This document shows positions 58,463 through 64,000 of a stretch of DNA of 64,000 nucleotides, one piece after another; position 1 is the first letter of the stretch; each line of letters begins with the position of its first letter. The DNA lies in assembly GCA_965222655.1 (NCBI GenBank), contig CBDCUP010000009.1, positions 391,991 through 455,990 of the forward strand, read 5' to 3'. This DNA comes from Acidobacteriota bacterium. GTDB lineage: Bacteria; Acidobacteriota; UBA6911; RPQK01; JAJDTT01. Below the pieces are notes generated by a model that made no database searches, had not been told where the DNA came from, and saw only the letters and a program-made list of their open reading frames with translations. The translations under genes were made by a program, and so were the position numbers.

Positions 58463-60046
58463 TCAAACTCGGACAGCATCGGCAATCTGCTGTTTCTCTT
58501 TCGGGGGATCAGGCAGATCGTACTCCTTCAGGGAACCTTCTAGACGTGTGTCTACTTGAGAAATCGATCCAATCGATCCAATCGAGCCGCCAGCATGTAG
58601 GTACAGGAAGTTGCCGTCGATCTTGCGCCAGCCGATATGGGTGTAGACGTGCTGGGTTGGCACGTCGCCGGAAAGGTGTTGAATTGCCTCTCTCGCTCGA
58701 TCCTTGGCTCCATAACCGGCGGAAACAATGGCTCCCGCGCCAAGATTCTCCACGACCCATTGCATACCGGAAAACTGGTTGGCCGGGATAGTGAAGCGGC
58801 AAGGCTTGCCTCTCAACACAGCTTCGATCTCAAAGGATTGCCTGGTCTCTTCACCGTCGTCCTCCACCACGTCCCTGGCTATGCACGCTGTGAAGTTGGT
58901 TAGGACCACGGGTTTGACCCCATCATTTGTGGACTTGTTCCAGATGAGACCGTGATCCTTCACTCCGTAGATTGTATTCAGCGGATCACCGAACCCCTTA
59001 CTGACAAGGGCAGCAGCAGCAGCGCTGAAATTGCGAGAGTGGTTGAGATAGGTGTGGGCAGCAAACTTGTTATAGGCTCGCCCGGCTTCGAACGGATCGG
59101 CATTCGTGCTGAAAACATAAAGCAGATCACTTCCACCAAAGTTAGTGGTCGCTGAGACACCGGCGTCCTTACCTGGCCTGCGCCAGTACGTGGCTTCTCC
59201 GTTGTGCCCTACCTTCGCCCAGCCGAGCGGTTCCAGCACCTCTTCCCAGGTTGCCTTTCGGTTGAACGCATCACCCGGTCGGTTGCCGTTACGAGTGGAA
59301 GGGCCAGTGATGAGCCGCGCTGGCTCGACGTGCTCATTGAGGGCACGAGCACATTGCAGAAGAAGTTCTCTCTCAGCCGCACTGATGTTTGGAATACGTG
59401 TCAGATTCCCCTGGTCTAACACGTATGGCTTGTTCGAGGGATGACAGGCTTCAGGGGAGCCTGGAAGGAGAACATAGCCGCCCTCTCCCCTCGTCTCGAT
59501 CAGTACGACTGCTTTGCCATCCTCACCGGCCTGCCCTGCCAACTTTTGGTTCCGCTGCACACCATCTGGACATCTGTAGAAGGCGTGGCATCCCCCCCTC
59601 GGTGTCGAAACGAGTACCAGCCTGTCGAGAAGCTTTTCTTGCCCCTGCTCAAGGACCAGATAGAGCCACTTGGGAAACGCAGCACCACCAGCATCAAAAT
59701 CAAGGATTTCGAGGTTGCCGCTGACGCCTCCGGCAACTGTTCCAATCCCATTGCTACTGCCATTGCCAAACCAGTTTTTGAGCTCCTCATCAGTTGGCAA
59801 GTTCGATTGGTATGGTTTCCAAGGGATGAGAGGAGCTTTGCTGCCATCTGCTTTGATCGGAATCACTGACAGACCAGCGTCTACGAGTTGGCGTGCGAAA
59901 GAGAGCAGATCCGTGGTTTCGGTATGGGGAGTTTCATCCACAGTCGTCTGCCGCGAATCAACACTTTCCGAGATAGCTCCGGCCTTTAGGGACCACCGGG
60001 CTGATTCCCGAGGTGGAGACTCCTGCGGTGGGAACAGGTCGCTCAT
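58463..60046 (-). CDS. Bifunctional DNA primase/polymerase (PrimPol, archaeo-eukaryotic primase fold) with C-terminal extension lacking a Walker A helicase motif
   Basis: LSVIPIKADGSKAPLIPWKPYQ...LDFD...GGCHAFYR Prim-Pol N-terminal domain signature; ATGA overlap with upstream XRE gene. Confidence 0.75.
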   Translation of the reverse strand: MSDLFPPQESPPRESARWSLKAGAISESVDSRQTTVDETPHTETTDLLSFARQLVDAGLSVIPIKADGSKAPLIPWKPYQSNLPTDEELKNWFGNGSSNGIGTVAGGVSGNLEILDFDAGGAAFPKWLYLVLEQGQEKLLDRLVLVSTPRGGCHAFYRCPDGVQRNQKLAGQAGEDGKAVVLIETRGEGGYVLLPGSPEACHPSNKPYVLDQGNLTRIPNISAAERELLLQCARALNEHVEPARLITGPSTRNGNRPGDAFNRKATWEEVLEPLGWAKVGHNGEATYWRRPGKDAGVSATTNFGGSDLLYVFSTNADPFEAGRAYNKFAAHTYLNHSRNFSAAAAALVSKGFGDPLNTIYGVKDHGLIWNKSTNDGVKPVVLTNFTACIARDVVEDDGEETRQSFEIEAVLRGKPCRFTIPANQFSGMQWVVENLGAGAIVSAGYGAKDRAREAIQHLSGDVPTQHVYTHIGWRKIDGNFLYLHAGGSIGSIGSISQVDTRLEGSLKEYDLPDPPKEKQQIADAVRV

Positions 60047-60351
60047 GTTCTTCTTCTCCCGAGAGTGAACTCGTCCCTCTTTCCCCGCAATCGAAGGTCG
60101 ATCGTACACGCGCCATCTCGATCAAGAACCGCCGCCGCCTCGTCTTCCGTCACTTCCTCCTGCAGTTCTTCAGGACGGAGCCTCAGCGCCTGTCCCAGCT
60201 TTTGACTCTGCCCTGGATAAGGACGCATCCGAAGAGTTTCAATCCGTGAGACGTCAGCCATGCCGACATGCGCAATCACGGCCAGCTCCTGCTGACTCCA
60301 TCGCCGCTTCAGGCGTTCCAGCTTCATTCGTGAAATCTTGTTCATGCTCAT
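60043..60351 (-). CDS. XRE-family HTH transcriptional regulator
   Basis: MKLERLKRRWSQQELAVIAHVGMADVSRIE HTH_3 pattern; first gene of minus-strand operon, divergent from 60397 gene. Confidence 0.6.
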   Translation of the reverse strand: MSMNKISRMKLERLKRRWSQQELAVIAHVGMADVSRIETLRMRPYPGQSQKLGQALRLRPEELQEEVTEDEAAAVLDRDGACTIDLRLRGKRDEFTLGRRRT

Positions 60352-60396
60352 ACCCTAGGTTAGTATTTAACAGAACTACTTTTCAGGACGTTAAGA

Positions 60397-61356
60397 ATGA
60401 ACCAAACAGAATTGGAACAAAATTTGAGAATGACCCTCCCTCTGAACGACATGAAATTCTTGAAGGATGCCTTAAGTGAGTATTTAAAAGGTTCCTGCAA
60501 GTACGAATTCAGTGAGGAGGACGTGCGGCAGGTACGGGTACTGGCGGCAAGAAAATCTGCCGCTCCAACCAAAGAAACCAAGGAAACTGGGGAAGAGGTG
60601 ATCTTTTTCGGTCCACCCGGCGTCCGACAGGAGATCCTGAGCAAGAGGATATGCGAGGCGTACGAAGGGCAGGTTGAGAGAGTCAGAACAATGGCATGCC
60701 GCTTAACCCGTACCTTGTCCCGGCAAGAGAGTGTAGACTGGCTTGACCAACAACAAAAACGTGATCGCCAAAGTGCAGACGACGAATATCCGCTCTCGAT
60801 GAGCGAAGTGTCAGAGGAGCTTCCGCCGCCTCTTGTCGTCTATAACTTGCCAGGATCAGACGGAAAGCGTCTGCCTTGGCGGATCCAGCCAATCGCTCTA
60901 GGTTCGATCCTGGCAGATCTATCCCGGCAGGTTGAATTGCTGTTTTTGCAGACAGGTTTCGAGCGAGAAGACATTGCCAGATGGATTCTAGAAGGGGAAA
61001 GACCGACTATCTACCGTCATCGAACTATCGGGCATCAACGGTACCCATTGGGAGCCGGAGGACGGATGGCGTGGGTCACGCTTGAGCTCAGAGCTTCGGA
61101 CATTACCTGGAAGGAACTTTGGGAAGTCTACAGAGAGATCAGATCTGCGACCTATACAAGACGACAACCACCAAGTGACCTCCACGTCCGAATCTATGAG
61201 ATTGTCGAAGAGTGGGGTGGCATTCCAGCGAAGGGGAAGGGAAAGTTTTGGAACAAGGTAAGAGCCCGACTCCTCCAGGAGAAACAGTTCAGAAGAATCC
61301 CTAAATGGCAAGGAATCAGAAGGGCATACCACAACCTCATCGATTCAGTTCCGTGA
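60397..61356 (+). CDS. Hypothetical protein, divergently transcribed from XRE regulator
   Basis: 319-aa ORF, about 50% GC; no family recognised. Confidence 0.4.
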   Translation: MNQTELEQNLRMTLPLNDMKFLKDALSEYLKGSCKYEFSEEDVRQVRVLAARKSAAPTKETKETGEEVIFFGPPGVRQEILSKRICEAYEGQVERVRTMACRLTRTLSRQESVDWLDQQQKRDRQSADDEYPLSMSEVSEELPPPLVVYNLPGSDGKRLPWRIQPIALGSILADLSRQVELLFLQTGFEREDIARWILEGERPTIYRHRTIGHQRYPLGAGGRMAWVTLELRASDITWKELWEVYREIRSATYTRRQPPSDLHVRIYEIVEEWGGIPAKGKGKFWNKVRARLLQEKQFRRIPKWQGIRRAYHNLIDSVP

Positions 61357-61411
61357 GTCCAATCTTGACGCTCTCGTCGGCGAGTTCCCAGATCCTTTTG
61401 GCAGCGATAAT

Positions 61412-61843
61412 TCATCTGATGAGTGTTGCAGCACTCGTCTCTCTAGCGTCTTGTCTGTCAGGCTCTGGCAGCAGCCTGCCTATGCCACGCCCGATCGCAT
61501 GTAGCGTCTTCTGCTCTTTGATGTTCTCTCTGAGCACCGCGAGGATGCCCCCAACGAGCGTCGAGATCTCTGCAGCGCTGACCATCATTTCGCTATCTTG
61601 CATACGCTTGTTCTCGCTCTCGACGAGACTCTTCTTGCGATCCATCCACTCACCGAGATTGTGCCAGATGTCTTGCTCGTCGTGGATCTCAGCGAGCAGG
61701 TGCTCGAACTGATTGAGCACGTCGAGAAAGCCGTCGCTGTCGAGTCCCTTCGCTACAGCGGCTTTGGCGTTGCGAACGCTCTTGGCCGAAGGGAGACTGC
61801 TAAACTCCGAGATCATGAAAAGAAGAACCTTCCTGAAGAAGAC
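61412..61843 (-). CDS. Hypothetical protein (start uncertain; ORF tool extends to 61978, which overlaps the next gene)
   Basis: Acidic helical ORF; internal Met chosen to limit overlap. Confidence 0.25.
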   Translation of the reverse strand, partial: VFFRKVLLFMISEFSSLPSAKSVRNAKAAVAKGLDSDGFLDVLNQFEHLLAEIHDEQDIWHNLGEWMDRKKSLVESENKRMQDSEMMVSAAEISTLVGGILAVLRENIKEQKTLHAIGRGIGRLLPEPDRQDARETSAATLIR

Positions 61844-63008
61844 GACCGGTGCCGGTGGAGTCGTGCTTTCCTCGCTGGCAATTGGGACTGGATTCTCCAC
61901 CAGCGAATTGTTGTCCGCAAACCGATCCTCGGAGGCGTCCGATAAAGGAAAGAGTCCCATCAGAGTCGGGGTCATCACCCAAAAGGGCGGGCCTCACCTG
62001 AGTATCTACCTCAAGGCCCTGGCGGCGAGTGAAGGTTTGGCGGGGTTGGCCATTTCGGATGAGAGTGGTGCAACCTTCGAGCAGGCCGAGAGCTCGCTGG
62101 GCCAGCGGTTTCCGAATCTAGGGAAGTTTCGAGACTATCGCAACATGATCGAAAAGTTCAAGCCGCAGATGGTGCTCATCTCTCTGGAGGCACATCTCGC
62201 ACCGGATCGAATCCGGCGGGCACTGGAAGGAAACTGCAGCGTCCTGGCCGAGAAGCCGGCTTGTGTGCGGGCGGAAGATTTCGAGCCTCTGGTAGAGCTG
62301 GCCGAATCCAGGAATCTACACCTGATGCTGGCTCTTCCCGGACGGCTGCATCCCTCGGCGATCAAGGCGAAGGAGTTGATCCGTTCTGGATTTTTGGGAA
62401 AGCTCTATGGCACCCAGGTATTCCAGGTCAAGGACCAGACGCGCTTGACCCGTGTCAGCTATCACGACTCCTGGTTCGCCTTCAAGAACAAGGCCGGAGG
62501 AGGGCATCTGATCTGGTTGGGAATACACAACTTGGATCTGATTCAGTACCTGGCCGACGATCCCATCGCCAAGGTGTCCGCAGTTTGCAGGAATGTAGGA
62601 GGTCAACCGGTCGAAATCGAGGACGCGGAAGCATTGGCGTTCCAGTTCAAGAGCGGAATGGTTGGCACCTTTCATGGTGGCTACTATCTCGAGCAGGGGG
62701 GGACCCAATCCGCACTGACCATTTGGGGCTCGAAGGGTTGGCTTCGAATGAGTGCTTCTCGACACAAATCCGAGTCGCAGCAGCGGTTGGATTGGCAGTC
62801 GACACACCCCGATGCGCCGGAAGGGATCCAAACGATCCCTCTCCCAACTGGCATCAACAGCTACCAACTCCTGGTGCAGGCAGCGATCAAGGCCTCGGCA
62901 GGGACGGAAGAGGCCCCTCTAACAGGTCGGGATTGCCTACAGGTGCTCCGAGTGATCTTCGGTGCCTATCGCTCCTCGGAGACCGGACGAGAGCAGAGCA
63001 TCGGCTGA
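61815..63008 (+). CDS. Gfo/Idh/MocA-family oxidoreductase with Tat signal
   Basis: MKRRTFLKKTTGAGGVVLSS Tat motif; IRVGVI Rossmann; EKP motif; paralogous in type to 23090-24781. Confidence 0.75.
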   Translation: MKRRTFLKKTTGAGGVVLSSLAIGTGFSTSELLSANRSSEASDKGKSPIRVGVITQKGGPHLSIYLKALAASEGLAGLAISDESGATFEQAESSLGQRFPNLGKFRDYRNMIEKFKPQMVLISLEAHLAPDRIRRALEGNCSVLAEKPACVRAEDFEPLVELAESRNLHLMLALPGRLHPSAIKAKELIRSGFLGKLYGTQVFQVKDQTRLTRVSYHDSWFAFKNKAGGGHLIWLGIHNLDLIQYLADDPIAKVSAVCRNVGGQPVEIEDAEALAFQFKSGMVGTFHGGYYLEQGGTQSALTIWGSKGWLRMSASRHKSESQQRLDWQSTHPDAPEGIQTIPLPTGINSYQLLVQAAIKASAGTEEAPLTGRDCLQVLRVIFGAYRSSETGREQSIG

Positions 63009-63075
63009 TCGCCTGTGCCCTTTCGTCAGGAAAGCATTACGCTCTCTCCAACCGAAAGTTCTGTAAGATACTCCC

Positions 63076-63118
<43 letters not shown>

Positions 63119-63261
63119 GAGAACCTTTGAGTTTCACAACCTCCTCAAAACCAACAAGTTGTTGAGATCAAGTAAGTTCCGTTTAGCAGATTTTTTACGA
63201 CTTCCTCTATTTTGGTAGATTTTGGACGGATTTTCTCACACGGATTCTCACACAGAATTGC

Positions 63262-63759
63262 TCAATTTGGCTTGCCCTCTCCTTTGAAATTCTTGAGTCT
63301 CTCGGTAGTCTTCTCCCCAATCTCCCGGTCGATCATACTGGTGGGTGCATCCATAGCTCTTTTGATGTCCTGGCCCAGCCGAGTCTGTGGCTGCTTTACC
63401 GGTTTAGGCTTGACCCTTTCTCGCTCCGCCTCCACAGCATTCTCGATCATTTGCTCCTGCTCAGGAGTCCTGCTGCCTTGTAGCTCAAAGCCAGGATCAT
63501 CCTCAAGAATCTGATCTACCGTCTGATCCAGTATCGGGTAAGCTTGCCGAAGAGCTTCCTCGGTTGCCTCTCCAAAGCCCTCAAAATCAAACGTCCCATC
63601 CTCCGCCAGCCGAAAGTGCACCATGAAATCTTTCAGGACCGAGAGAGGACAACCCTCTGCATTGTCCACTTCATCCAGAGCTTCTACTGCGGCTTCTTTA
63701 CTGGTTGCTGAGACAAATGAAGAATCCCCGTTTGGCCAGCGGCAGATATAAAGAGGCAT
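63262..63759 (-). CDS. Hypothetical acidic protein
   Basis: 165-aa ORF downstream of tRNA fragment. Confidence 0.3.
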   Translation of the reverse strand: MPLYICRWPNGDSSFVSATSKEAAVEALDEVDNAEGCPLSVLKDFMVHFRLAEDGTFDFEGFGEATEEALRQAYPILDQTVDQILEDDPGFELQGSRTPEQEQMIENAVEAERERVKPKPVKQPQTRLGQDIKRAMDAPTSMIDREIGEKTTERLKNFKGEGKPN

Positions 63760-64000
63760 GATCAGTCCTCACTTATTTGATGGGTCGTCCTGTTAACAGG
63801 AGAGAGGTAGAAAGGGGACGGCCAGGTATCAGGAGCCATTCGACCTTCACGATTATGTTGTCTTTCCCCCTTCGTCTACAAGCTGCGCGAAGAGCTTTTT
63901 AACTGTAGGCCAAGGATTGGTTCTAAGGTGAGAGGCCTCCTATAATCCCAAAGTGCAAATCTTCACCATCGGTCACTCCTCCCGCAGCTTTGAAGAGTTC

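Noticed and set aside
58555-58595. Mini tandem repeat AATCGATCC x about 2.5
   Set aside because: Lies within the PrimPol coding sequence (encodes GSIGSIGS near the C-terminus); too short to be meaningful beyond possible slippage.

Overview
Mosaic bacterial chromosomal window. Background genes are about 45-52% GC and look Acidobacteria-like by inference: a CarboxypepD_reg + TonB-dependent receptor, GWxTD, FG-GAP/UnbV, TPR, and DUF1080 with Gfo/Idh/MocA. These are riddled with higher-GC (about 62-70%) mobile DNA. (1) 2.9-10.7 kb is an insertion-sequence graveyard. It holds an IS66-family element (14-bp terminal IR, 8-bp TSD) carrying a DUF4338-like ORF upstream of TnpC, an IS21 IstA remnant, an ISKra4-like element that also carries a DUF4338-like ORF, and an ISNCY remnant. 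Two of the decayed transposase-associated ORFs are interrupted by in-frame TGA codons rather than frameshifts. (2) 10.8-34.8 kb holds host genes punctuated by an IS256 copy, a truncated IS256, and IS1380-like and IS630 elements. The IS630 lies inside an ankyrin-repeat gene with a reconstructable TA duplication. There is also a previously unnoticed 316-bp MITE family in three copies, with 24-bp terminal IRs and 8-9 bp TSDs. One MITE copy abuts a Gfo/Idh/MocA gene and may donate its start codon. (3) 34.9-53.9 kb is a high-GC integrative conjugative element with a complete MPF-T type IV secretion set: VirB2, B3, B4, B9, B10, B5, B6, B8, D4 and B11, mostly translationally coupled. It also carries ArdC, an orphan beta-class DNA methyltransferase whose 5' end is a rearranged duplicate of the virB4 start, a thermonuclease, a hairpin-rich candidate oriT, and an Xis-like gene plus tyrosine integrase whose stop codon lies inside tRNA-Arg(TCT). 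(4) 54.0-61.4 kb, immediately after the tRNA, is a second compact integrative element. A convergent second integrase and AlpA-like gene sit with an XRE-controlled, translationally coupled replication module encoding a PrimPol and a family-A DNA polymerase. This is a candidate self-replicating integrative element or satellite. A 41-nt imperfect direct repeat of the tRNA 5' half lies at 63076-63116. No CRISPR array or rRNA is present.
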